From assembly GCA_965249575.1 (NCBI GenBank), contig OZ252244.1:1440001-1504000 (forward strand): DNA of 64,000 bases. The letters run 5' to 3'. Shown here in pieces: positions 31,683-40,673 of this stretch (its first letter is position 1; each line of letters opens with the position of its first letter). Source of the DNA: Gemmatimonadales bacterium. Lineage in GTDB: Bacteria > Gemmatimonadota > Gemmatimonadetes > Gemmatimonadales > GWC2-71-9. The notes under the pieces are model-generated. The model ran no database searches, was not told the DNA's origin, and saw only the letters and a list, made by a program, of their open reading frames with translations. The position numbers were made by a program, and so were the translations under genes.

Positions 31683-31970
31683 ATGGGAGCAATCGTGCGC
31701 ATTCCAACCGTGCTCCGGCAAACCACCGCGGACCAAGACGAGATCGAGGTCGCGCCGGGCACCGTTGGCGAGGTTTTCGCGGAGCTCGGGAAACAATACC
31801 CCGATTTCTTGTCACGAATCACGGGAGATTCGGGGAAGCTCCGCACGTTTCTGAACGTATTCATCAACGGTGACGATATCCGCTTCGCCGAAGAGCTCGA
31901 TACTCCGGTACAGGACGGCGACGAGGTCTCGATTATTCCATCGATCGCGGGAGGGGCGGGAGAACCGTGA
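31683..31970 (+). CDS. MoaD/ThiS/CysO-family ubiquitin-like sulfur carrier with C-terminal extension
   Basis: VRIPTVLR, NVFINGDDIRF, DGDEVSIIPSIAGG followed by AGEP. Confidence 0.9.
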   Translation: MGAIVRIPTVLRQTTADQDEIEVAPGTVGEVFAELGKQYPDFLSRITGDSGKLRTFLNVFINGDDIRFAEELDTPVQDGDEVSIIPSIAGGAGEP

Positions 31971-32422
31971 GTCGAATCGAGATTCCCGAGCCCATCGAAC
32001 GGGAGATAGCCGCCGCGTCGCGCGCTGGGTATCCGCTGGAAATCTGCGGCCTGCTGATCGGTACGCAAGACGCGGGTACGTTCCGAGTGACCCGATCGAT
32101 CCCAAGCGCCAACGTCGCCGCGGCGGCAGAGCGCCACCGCCGCTTCCAGATCGAGCCCAGGAGGGTCGTGGCAGTCGAGCGGGGTCTCCGCGGCACCGGG
32201 GAAGGAATCGTGGGCTTCTATCACTCCCATCCCGACGCTCCGGCCATGCCGTCACGCACGGACATGGAGTACGTGCGGCTGTGGCCGGACAGCGCCTGGC
32301 TGATCGTGCCGGTGGAGGGAGGCGAGCCCCGTCAGTCTCGTGCCTGGCTGCTCGGCCCCGACGAAACGAGCGTCGTGGAGCTCGATGTGTCAGCACCAAC
32401 TCCGGCGAGGCTGACCTCATGA
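31967..32422 (+). CDS. JAB/MPN+ (Mec-like, M67) metallopeptidase
   Basis: YPLEICGLL and GFYHSHPDAPAMPSRTD JAMM motif; GTGA overlap with the carrier gene. Confidence 0.92.
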   Translation: MSRIEIPEPIEREIAAASRAGYPLEICGLLIGTQDAGTFRVTRSIPSANVAAAAERHRRFQIEPRRVVAVERGLRGTGEGIVGFYHSHPDAPAMPSRTDMEYVRLWPDSAWLIVPVEGGEPRQSRAWLLGPDETSVVELDVSAPTPARLTS

Positions 32423-32511
32423 CGTGCACGGTTTTGAGACGGTGCGGGAGCCAGTGCTGTTGTTGCTGTCGTGGTACCTGTTGCCCTGACCTCGGTGGAG
32501 GGGGCGGCTAG
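32419..32511 (+). CDS. Poly-Cys leader peptide 2 (MTCTVLRRCGSQCCCCCRGTCCPDLGGGGG)
   Basis: ATG overlaps the JAB stop (ATGA); 9 Cys in 30 aa including a run of five; TAG at 32509-32511. Confidence 0.8.
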   Translation: MTCTVLRRCGSQCCCCCRGTCCPDLGGGGG

Positions 32512-32554
32512 CCGGCGCATTCTGGATTCGAGACGATCTGAATCGATCACCGCC

Positions 32555-32589
32555 GCGGCCGCTACCCAAAGTAACGGCCGCTTGTTTTT
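32555..32589 (+). terminator. Attenuator terminator 2
   Basis: GCGGCCGCTAC-ccaaa-GTAACGGCCGC (one mismatch) followed by TTGTTTTT. Confidence 0.78.
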
Positions 32590-32610
32590 CGTGGGACGTG
32601 AGGACGAGAG

Positions 32611-33456
32611 ATGCTACTGCAGACTCAAAATGATGCGCGGGGGACCCGAAATCAACGACCGGTGCCCGATGGGACGCGGGCATCGGGAGTGACCGGGCAC
32701 TTGGCGGCGCGCTTCGATCATCTGTCCGCTGAGGACCTCTTGGCTTGGGCCGTCAAGTGTTTTCAACCACGCATCGCGTTGTGCACGGCGTTCGGGGTCG
32801 AGGGCATGGTTGTGCTCGACCTACTCAGCAGGACCGGCACGACGCCGCGCATCGTTACCATCGATACCGGTAGGCTCCCGCAGGAAACGCACGACCTCAT
32901 GGAGCGAGTACGGGACCGGTACGGAGTGTCCATTGAAGTTGTCACGCCCGCGGCCGAAGACCTCGAGCGCATGGTCTCCGCGCACGGCCCGAACCTCTTC
33001 TACCGAAGCCACGAACTGCGCCGGATGTGCTGCCGGGTGCGCAAGGTGAAGCCGTTACGTCGCGCACTGCGAGACCTCGACGCGTGGATCGCCGGACTCC
33101 GGCGCGACCACGGTCCGACTCGCACCGCCGTCGGAAAGGTCGTGTGGGATGCGGCCAACGGGGGGCTCCTCAAGATCAACCCGCTTGCCGACTGGGGCGA
33201 CGAGGATGTGTGGCGCTACGTGCGCGCCAATCGGGTTCCGTACAAGGCGCTGCACGATCGGGGATATCCCAGCATCGGTTGCGCCCCGTGTACCCGTGCA
33301 GTCACCCCCGGCGAAGACGGGAGGGCGGGCCGGTGGTGGTGGGAGAGCCCCGAGCACAGGGAATGTGGTCTGCACGTCATTGGCGGGCGGTTCGAGGCTG
33401 CACGCGACCTTGCAGCCGACCGGGTGGACCGGGCGGCTGCCGTGGGGGCGTCATGA
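32611..33456 (+). CDS. cysH: Adenylylsulfate (APS) reductase, Fe-S type CysH
   Basis: IDTGRL, CCRVRKV, GYPSIGCAPCT, GRWWW, ECGLH; alternative GTG at 32689. Confidence 0.93.
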   Translation: MLLQTQNDARGTRNQRPVPDGTRASGVTGHLAARFDHLSAEDLLAWAVKCFQPRIALCTAFGVEGMVVLDLLSRTGTTPRIVTIDTGRLPQETHDLMERVRDRYGVSIEVVTPAAEDLERMVSAHGPNLFYRSHELRRMCCRVRKVKPLRRALRDLDAWIAGLRRDHGPTRTAVGKVVWDAANGGLLKINPLADWGDEDVWRYVRANRVPYKALHDRGYPSIGCAPCTRAVTPGEDGRAGRWWWESPEHRECGLHVIGGRFEAARDLAADRVDRAAAVGAS

Positions 33457-34985
33457 GTTTCTACCCGGTCAATCTGAGCCTGTGCGGACGCCGGTGCGTC
33501 GTCGTTGGGGGCGGCACGATCGCGGAGCAAAAGGTCAAGGGCTTGCTGCAGGTCGGGGCCAACGTCACGGTCATCAGTCCCACGGCGACCAACCCGATTC
33601 GTGAGCTCGCTGAGTTAGGCAAACTGACCCTCAAGCCCCGTCGGTACCGTCGGGGTGACCTCCGCGGCGCCTTCTTGGCGATCGGCACGACCGAGGATCA
33701 GGATCTCAACCGTCGGCTGTGGCGGGAGGCCGAGCGGCGCGGCGTGCTGCTCAATGCCGTCGACGACACGCCACACTGTCATTTCATCGCCCCGTCGATT
33801 CACCGCCAGGGCGACCTCGCCATCTCCATCTCCACGGCGGGCAAGAGCCCGGCCCTCGCCGTCCGGCTCCGTCAGCGGATCGCGAGAATGATCGGCCCCG
33901 AGTACGGTGAGTGGCTGGACCTGCTGGGGAGCTTGCGGGCGGAGATCGCTGCACGCGTCCCCGATCAAGCCGCCCGTACCTCGCTGTGGTTCCGTATCGC
34001 CGACTCCGAAGGCATCGAGGCGCTACGGCGTGGTGACGTTGCCGCGGCCCGCTCCCGGATCGCGTCGCTCGTGGACGCGGCACAAGCCGCACCCACTCGC
34101 TCCAGTCGCGGACCGATTGCGGGATCCGCCCCGACTCCTCATGGCGCGCTGAACGACGCTCCGTCCCCGGGGATCGTCTACCTGGTAGGGGCGGGTCCCG
34201 GAGATCCGGGGCTCATCACGGTGCGGGGGCAGGAGATCGTGCGCACCTGCGACGCGGTGGTGTACGACCGTCTCGTAAACCCCGCCATACTCGAGCAAGC
34301 CCGCCCCGAGGCCGAACGCATTTTCGTCGGGAAGCAGCCGTCCAGCCCTCCAATGAGTCAACAGCTCATCAACGAAATATTGGTCGAGCGTGCGCGGCGG
34401 GGGTTGGTGGTAGCCCGACTCAAGGGTGGAGATCCGTTCGTATTTGGACGGGGAGGCGAGGAGTGCGAATCGTTGGCAAGGGCCGGCGTGCCATTCGAGG
34501 TCGTATCCGGAGTCACTTCGGTCACCGCGGTGCCGGCGTCCGCCGGCATTCCGGTCACGCACAGACGGTACAACTCCGCCTTTGCCGTCCTGACAGGCCA
34601 TGAGTGCGAAGGCAGCTCCGATCTGGACTGGGATGCGCTCGCCAGGATCCCGACCTTGGTGATTCTCATGGGCCTGCGGCAGTTGCCAGGCATCGTGCGT
34701 CACTTGTTGGCGCACGATGTTCCCCCGACGACTCCAGCAGCCGTCGTGGCCAACGGCACGCTGCCGGACGGACAAACCGTCGTTGGCGAGGTTGCGACGA
34801 TCGCTCAGCTGGCTCGGGCGGCGCATGTGGAACCGCCTGCAACGATCATCGTGGGCCAAGTGGTTGAGATGCGGGACACCCTGTTGCCCCCGCTTTTGGA
34901 AGAAGTCTCGCATTCGAGGCGAACGGAGCCGCCGCCGGGCACCGACTACCCCGTCCCTGAGGCCCTGCTGGCCGGAGGACTGTGA
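33453..34985 (+). CDS. cysG: Siroheme synthase
   Basis: ATG at 33453; VVGGGTIA, STAGKSPALA, LVGAGPGDPGLIT, RLKGGDPFVFGRGGEE, GIPVTHR. Confidence 0.95.
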   Translation: MSFYPVNLSLCGRRCVVVGGGTIAEQKVKGLLQVGANVTVISPTATNPIRELAELGKLTLKPRRYRRGDLRGAFLAIGTTEDQDLNRRLWREAERRGVLLNAVDDTPHCHFIAPSIHRQGDLAISISTAGKSPALAVRLRQRIARMIGPEYGEWLDLLGSLRAEIAARVPDQAARTSLWFRIADSEGIEALRRGDVAAARSRIASLVDAAQAAPTRSSRGPIAGSAPTPHGALNDAPSPGIVYLVGAGPGDPGLITVRGQEIVRTCDAVVYDRLVNPAILEQARPEAERIFVGKQPSSPPMSQQLINEILVERARRGLVVARLKGGDPFVFGRGGEECESLARAGVPFEVVSGVTSVTAVPASAGIPVTHRRYNSAFAVLTGHECEGSSDLDWDALARIPTLVILMGLRQLPGIVRHLLAHDVPPTTPAAVVANGTLPDGQTVVGEVATIAQLARAAHVEPPATIIVGQVVEMRDTLLPPLLEEVSHSRRTEPPPGTDYPVPEALLAGGL

Positions 34986-36775
34986 TGACTACCGAACTGA
35001 CGCCAAACGTAACCGGCATTGTCCCCTACCTGCCGGACGAGGTCGACGAGTTCACCGATACGCTGGATGGGTTCCGACGGGGAGAACAAACCGAAGGCGA
35101 GTTCCAGTTCTACCGGCTGCGGCGGGGGGTCTACGGACAGCGCCAGGCGGACGAGCAGATGGTTCGCATCAAAATCCCCCTTGGCTACCTGACGGCTGAA
35201 CAACTTGAGGTACTCGGGCGAGTCATCGCGCGGTACGCTCCTCTCCGCAAGGGACACTTCACCACCCGTGAGAATCTTCAGCTGCATCACGTCCCGCTGG
35301 ACGAGACGCCGGAACTGCTGCGTCTGCTGGGCACGGTTGATCTGACGACGCGTGAAGCCTGCGGCAACACGGTGCGCAATGTGACCGGTTGCCCACTCGC
35401 GGGCGTGTGCCCCGACGAGGTGTTCGACGCGACCCCGTACGGAGCCGCCTATGCCCGGTATTTCGTGCGGCGGGACTTCGTGCAGAACATGCCCAGGAAG
35501 GTCAAAACGGCGTTTGTGGGGTGCCGCGAAGATCATGCGGTCTTGCGTATGCACGACATCGGTTTCGCCGGCGTGGTCCGCGAGGAGCACGGGCGGACCA
35601 TTCGCGGGTTTCGCATGGTGGTGGGTGGTGGAACATCTATCGAGCCGATCATTGCGCCGGTGCTCTACGACTTCGTCACGGCAGATGACGGGGCATATCT
35701 GAGGGTAGCCGAAGCAGCCCTCCGCATCTACAATCGCTCGGACGAACTGCGGAAGAACCGCATGCGGGCCCGAATCAAGGTGCTGATCAAGCGCATCGGT
35801 ATCGACGAGTTCCGTGAAAGGGTCGAGCAAGAGTTGGAAGAACCGTGGGCCCAGGAACCCATCGACATGGATCCCCTACTGTCGATTCTTCCAAGTACGA
35901 TGAGCATTCCCGAATCATCCGACTACGTGCCGCCCCCCAAGGGCAATGGGTCGACCAAGTTTCTCGAGTGGGTACGCACCAACGTGGTCTCGCAGAAGCA
36001 ACCCGGCTTCTACGGTGCCACCGTCACGCTCCCGGCCGGGGACATCAACCCCGAGCAGTGCTCCGCACTGGCCGCTGCCGCGCGCGAACATGGCGCGGGG
36101 GAGGTGCGCGTCGCGCACGATCAGAACCTGGTGATTCGGTGGGTCCCGGGAGCTTCCTTGCATGGGTTGTGGGAATCGCTTCTGGACGCGGGATTGGGAG
36201 AATCGGGCGCGCGAACGGTGACCGACGTCGTCTCGTGCCCCGGGACGGATTCCTGCAAGCTGGGCATCACGGCATCCATGGGTCTCAATCGGGCCGTGCG
36301 CCAGGTGCTGCTCGAAAACCCCGAATACGGCCGCGACCGGCTAGTCTCCGCCATGCACATCAAGATCAGTGGCTGCCCGAACGGCTGCGGGCAACATCAC
36401 ATCGCAGACCTCGGGTTCCACGGCGCGGCGGTCAAGGGCGACCAGAAAATGCATCTACCGGCATACGAAGTCTTCGCCGGAGGCATGTACGAGGATAGCC
36501 AGGTTCGTTACGGCATGCGTCTGAAGGGACGCGTACCGGCCAAGAACGTGCCCGCGGCGGTGGGCGGCGTGCTCGATTTCTATCGGGAGGAGCGTGAGCC
36601 GGACGAGGTGTTTCCGGCGTTCGTGGATCGTGTCGGGAAGAAAGGCCTCGAGCGGGTGATCGCGGAATTCACCGAGGTTCCAAGCTTCGACCCCGAGCAC
36701 CTCGGTGCCTACCAAGATTGGGAGCGCACCGGCATCTATAAGGTCGAGCGCGGCGAGGGCGAGTGCGCTAGCTGA
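34982..36775 (+). CDS. Ferredoxin-type sulfite/nitrite reductase (siroheme, 4Fe-4S)
   Basis: GVYGQRQ, HFTTRENLQ, NTVRN, PRKVK, CPGTDSC, SGCPNGCG; context indicates assimilatory sulfite reductase. Confidence 0.92.
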   Translation: MMTTELTPNVTGIVPYLPDEVDEFTDTLDGFRRGEQTEGEFQFYRLRRGVYGQRQADEQMVRIKIPLGYLTAEQLEVLGRVIARYAPLRKGHFTTRENLQLHHVPLDETPELLRLLGTVDLTTREACGNTVRNVTGCPLAGVCPDEVFDATPYGAAYARYFVRRDFVQNMPRKVKTAFVGCREDHAVLRMHDIGFAGVVREEHGRTIRGFRMVVGGGTSIEPIIAPVLYDFVTADDGAYLRVAEAALRIYNRSDELRKNRMRARIKVLIKRIGIDEFRERVEQELEEPWAQEPIDMDPLLSILPSTMSIPESSDYVPPPKGNGSTKFLEWVRTNVVSQKQPGFYGATVTLPAGDINPEQCSALAAAAREHGAGEVRVAHDQNLVIRWVPGASLHGLWESLLDAGLGESGARTVTDVVSCPGTDSCKLGITASMGLNRAVRQVLLENPEYGRDRLVSAMHIKISGCPNGCGQHHIADLGFHGAAVKGDQKMHLPAYEVFAGGMYEDSQVRYGMRLKGRVPAKNVPAAVGGVLDFYREEREPDEVFPAFVDRVGKKGLERVIAEFTEVPSFDPEHLGAYQDWERTGIYKVERGEGECAS

Positions 36776-36801
36776 GGGACACCAAGCCGCCCCGCGGAGG
36801 C

Positions 36802-37740
36802 TTAACCATCCGCGTGGAGCTGCCCGAGCACCTCTACGAGAACTTGTTCGGCCCTGTCGTTGGCAACCTGGCAGGTGCCGGCCGCCTCGTGCCCTCCCCC
36901 ACCGTATCGGAGCATCAGGTCTCCGATGTTCGTCGCCGAGCTCCGGTCGAAAATGGACCGGCCGACCGCGAGGACGGTGTTCAGCTGCTTGAGACCCCAC
37001 AGCACGTGGACCGACACGTTGCACTGCGGATAGAGCGCGTATACAACAAACCGGTTCCCAGAATAAATGACCTTCTCGTTTCGTAGGTCCAGCACCACCG
37101 CATTTCTCAGTACCGTGGCGCACCGCCGGACCTGAGCCTCGAACGCCTCTCTATGGGAAGAATAGAGATCGACCCGTTCTTTAATATCTGGGATTTGGAG
37201 GATCTCGTCGATCGACTTGGCCCGACACGCATCGATCAGCGCCATCATGAGATCGTAGTTGGGAAGACGGAAGTTCTTGAACCTCCCGAGGCCCGTGCGA
37301 GCATCCATGATGAAGTTGAGCAGCACCCATCCTCCGGGGTCGATCACCTCCCGGTGGGTGAACTGGGCAGCATCCGCCTTGTCGACCGCCTTCAGCAGAT
37401 CCTCGGATACGCGGGGGAAACTCTTCGCACCCCCGAAATGATTGTAGACGACCCGGGAAGCCGAGGGGGCCTTCGGATCGATGATGTGGTTCTTCTTGCC
37501 GGCCTCGACCCGTGTTGTCTCGCTCACGTGATGGTCGAAGGCCAGGTGCACACCCTCCACGAACGGGAGGTTGGTGGTGATGTCTCTGTCCGAGACCTGA
37601 ACCTTCCCGTCCTGCATGTCTTTGGGGTGAACGAAGGTTATATCGTCGATCATCCCGAGCTCCTTCAGCAGGACGGCACAGACCAGTCCGTCGAAGTCGC
37701 TCCTGGTGACGAGGCGGTATGTCGTTTCCTGGGCAGCCAT
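36802..37740 (-). CDS. DHH-family phosphoesterase (exopolyphosphatase-like)
   Basis: RLVTRSDFDG, HPKDMQDG, FDHH, GGGGHEAAGTCQ. Confidence 0.85.
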   Translation of the reverse strand: MAAQETTYRLVTRSDFDGLVCAVLLKELGMIDDITFVHPKDMQDGKVQVSDRDITTNLPFVEGVHLAFDHHVSETTRVEAGKKNHIIDPKAPSASRVVYNHFGGAKSFPRVSEDLLKAVDKADAAQFTHREVIDPGGWVLLNFIMDARTGLGRFKNFRLPNYDLMMALIDACRAKSIDEILQIPDIKERVDLYSSHREAFEAQVRRCATVLRNAVVLDLRNEKVIYSGNRFVVYALYPQCNVSVHVLWGLKQLNTVLAVGRSIFDRSSATNIGDLMLRYGGGGHEAAGTCQVANDRAEQVLVEVLGQLHADG

Positions 37741-37893
37741 TCCGAACCCTTGGTTTGGTGAACGGATGGGCGGAATATCCGTATCCCGCCCCGCAAGGTA
37801 CTGCCAAACTTAATAGGAACTTCGGGTGGTGGGCGTTGCCGATCGAGCGAGGGGCCGCGTCGCTGGTCACCCCCCGTACCGACCCCCAATCCC

Positions 37894-39282
37894 CTAGCTC
37901 ACAGGGGCCGGTGCACCCTCCGGCCCGTTATCCCAGTCCTGTGCGCTCGAGATGTTCGGCATACCCCACTGGCGCCCATTCCAGCCGTCGAATCCGTCGA
38001 GCTTGAAGGCCCAGAACCCAGTGACCTTGTCACTCGCGACGATCAGACCGTCGGCGTTTCGAATGTCCAGCCCCCAATTACCGTTGGCGATGCTACCGCT
38101 ACCGGCCGCGCGCGGAGCCGTCCGGTACGTCACGCCCGCCGCGTGGGGACCGCCATAGGTATAGTAGTACCCCACGGTGTAGGGATTCGTGGGGTCCATG
38201 ATGTTAAAGATCTGAAGCCCGTCCTCGTAGCCCGACACGAACACGTACGGCCACCGCACCTCGTGGTTGTGGACCAGCGCTCTCCAATCGGCATTCCAGG
38301 CGCCGATCGGGCGGGAGATCGTCGGTGACGAGCCCTCGAGTCCGGGCTTGAGATCGAAGATACGCAGCGGGGCGTACTGGTATTCCGACTCGGTGACGGC
38401 GTAACGTCCGTCGGGTGTGGGGGTGAACGTGTGGCTGCTTCCGGCACCCGAATGACCGGTGATCGCGGTAATCAACGTCGGCTCCTCGATGCGCGTGACA
38501 TCGAAGATGTAGTAACCGGATTCCCAGGCAGCGCCGTAAAACTTGTCCTGGCGCGTCGCGGGGTCGTACCCAACGTAGAAATCATGGTAGGAGCCACGCC
38601 CCGAGGGCGCATCCAACACCGGCACCTTGCTCACCAAGCCCTGCATATCGTCCTTCTGAAGGAACTTGCCCATGTCGTAGACCTTCGCTTCCGGCCCCGA
38701 CGTGGCAAAGAGCAAGACCCGGCCGCTCGAATGTTTGTACGCGAAGATGTTATGAAAGCCGTTCGGAACCTCCGGAACCCGAATACGCCCCACCTCTCGT
38801 ATCGTCGCGGTATCCGGGAGACCCGTGACATCCACAACCACGGCTCCGAGATCCGCATCCGGGCCGCTCTGTCCGAACTGGAACGCCTGCACGTAGTAAT
38901 AGCGGCCCTGCAGCTTGAAGTATTTCCCGTCCATGCCCCCCCGACCCTAGTGGAGGTCGGTGTCCTCGATACTCCAATTGTAGATGACCTCAGCCCGCTC
39001 CGGATCCTTGAGGCTCACCACGGTAAAGCCGTTCATGTCGAACCGTCGTCCGACATAGGCGTAGGGTCGCGCAAGTTCCTGCTCGACCTCGAGATCCGTC
39101 ACGTTTCCCCAACCCGCCAGCGGCAGATGGGCCACCACCTTCACGTTTGGGCTGTGGCCCGTCTTTTGTCCGAGGTGCTGAAGCTGTTGCGTTACGCCGG
39201 AGGCTGCAGTCGGCACCAGGACGGCGACCGCAACGGCTAACGACCACACGAGTCGACTGCCTGATCTCACGCTTTCCCCCAA
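37894..39282 (-). pseudogene. Secreted LVIVD-like beta-propeller protein interrupted by an in-frame TAG at 38947-38949
   Basis: ORFs 38947-39282 and 37894-38934 are in the same frame: ...EDTDLH*GRGGMDGKYFK...; signal peptide in the first part. Confidence 0.75.
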
Positions 39283-39426
39283 TGTTCGGTTGCAATCCGT
39301 AAGAACGAGCTATGCGAGACGTCGTGCTCCATCAGCGCGCGATACCCAATGTCTCCGTCGGGCGTACCCAGAGCAAGTTACTCGAAACCGAAGCCGCAAC
39401 CACCATCTGCTCCAAGCGCGCACGCC

Positions 39427-40605
39427 TCACGGATGGCACCCCGACGGCGGGACCCTGCCGCCGTCGCTCGCCGCGCCGAACTCCGCAGCCCAATACCGGC
39501 TGTATTTGGTACCCACTCCCACGGAGTATGCCAGGCCGACCTGCTGGAAATCCGCTCCCAAGATATTGGCCCGATGACCGGGGCTCTCCATCCAGGATCG
39601 CACCACGTGTTCGGCGGAGTCCTGACCCCCAGCAACGTTCTCGGCGGCGCTGCGCCAGGGGAAGCCCGCGCGGGCGAGGCGGCTTCGCATCGTCGCCCCC
39701 CCGGATCCCCGGTGACCCAAGAACCCGGCGCCCGCCATGTCAGCGGCGTGCCATCGGGCTGCGGCTGCCAGCCGAGTATCGATCCCCAGAGGGCGGAGAC
39801 CCCTCGCCCGCCGTTCCTCGTTGATGCGATCCGCCGCGAGCTGCGTGAGGCTCGCGGGACACCCTGCCGCCGTCGTCCCGAGGCTGACCCTGACACGCGC
39901 GGTGCCCACACCCCCTCCATACTGGGCGACCACATCCACGACCCCGGAATCGAGGGCGGTCACTAGGCCGTCCCTATCTACTTTGACGACGCTGCGTGGG
40001 AGCACGGCCCAGTCGACGAACCGGGCGGCCCCGCCCACGGTATCACCTCTGGCCGTGAACACCGATGTCAGGAGCTGAATTTGCCCGCCAATCGTCAGCT
40101 CGCTGAGCGCCGGCGCCACGCGAACGACCCAATCTTCACGATCGGCCGATCGGTCGCGGCTCTCGTCCGAGGGAACTAGCGATATGGCAAGCCGCACCCT
40201 GGCTCCGGGCGCGAAGTCCATGGTCTGGGCCGCGGCGTGCGTCTCGGTGCCCATAGCGTCATAGCCGCGTACCGTCACGGTGCTCCCGCGGGATGCCGGG
40301 ACCTCGATTGCTCCGGAGGCGATGCCGCCCGAGACACGAAGCGCCGACGTGATGCCCCAGGGGATCTCGGGCCCTTCGACCTCGACGCGCACGCGGCGTA
40401 TCGCCGTTCCCGCGAGGGCCACGCGCACGTGAAGCCAGACGTCCGCAGCCGAGACCTCGATCTGCTGAGTCAAGACGGCAGTGTGCAAGAGTAAGACTGG
40501 GAGCAGCAGCACGGGTAATCCTTTTGCGGCGTGGCGTCGCCCCTGCCCTCGACAAGATAACCGGGGCTGAGCGGTTACCTTGCGATCGTCGGCACCGGCG
40601 GGCAA
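39427..40605 (-). CDS. Exported protein with Ig-like (BIG2) and C-terminal CAP/SCP domain
   Basis: INEERRARGL, HAADMA, AENVAGG, WMESPGHRANIL; start uncertain. Confidence 0.8.
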   Translation of the reverse strand: MPAGADDRKVTAQPRLSCRGQGRRHAAKGLPVLLLPVLLLHTAVLTQQIEVSAADVWLHVRVALAGTAIRRVRVEVEGPEIPWGITSALRVSGGIASGAIEVPASRGSTVTVRGYDAMGTETHAAAQTMDFAPGARVRLAISLVPSDESRDRSADREDWVVRVAPALSELTIGGQIQLLTSVFTARGDTVGGAARFVDWAVLPRSVVKVDRDGLVTALDSGVVDVVAQYGGGVGTARVRVSLGTTAAGCPASLTQLAADRINEERRARGLRPLGIDTRLAAAARWHAADMAGAGFLGHRGSGGATMRSRLARAGFPWRSAAENVAGGQDSAEHVVRSWMESPGHRANILGADFQQVGLAYSVGVGTKYSRYWAAEFGAASDGGRVPPSGCHP

Positions 40606-40673
40606 CTGTTACCCATCCCGAGGTCGACCGGGATCGCCGGGCGGGCGGACAGCATCAGCAGACAGGGGGTCGG

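Noticed and set aside
31870..32511. 213-aa ORF ending in the Cys-rich tail
   Set aside because: It is an alternative frame over the carrier and JAB genes; only the last 30 codons from ATG 32419 are credible.
32419..32511. RiPP precursor interpretation of the Cys-rich peptide
   Set aside because: No radical SAM, YcaO, lanthipeptide or transporter genes are nearby, and the terminator/antiterminator geometry explains the sequence better. Not formally excluded.
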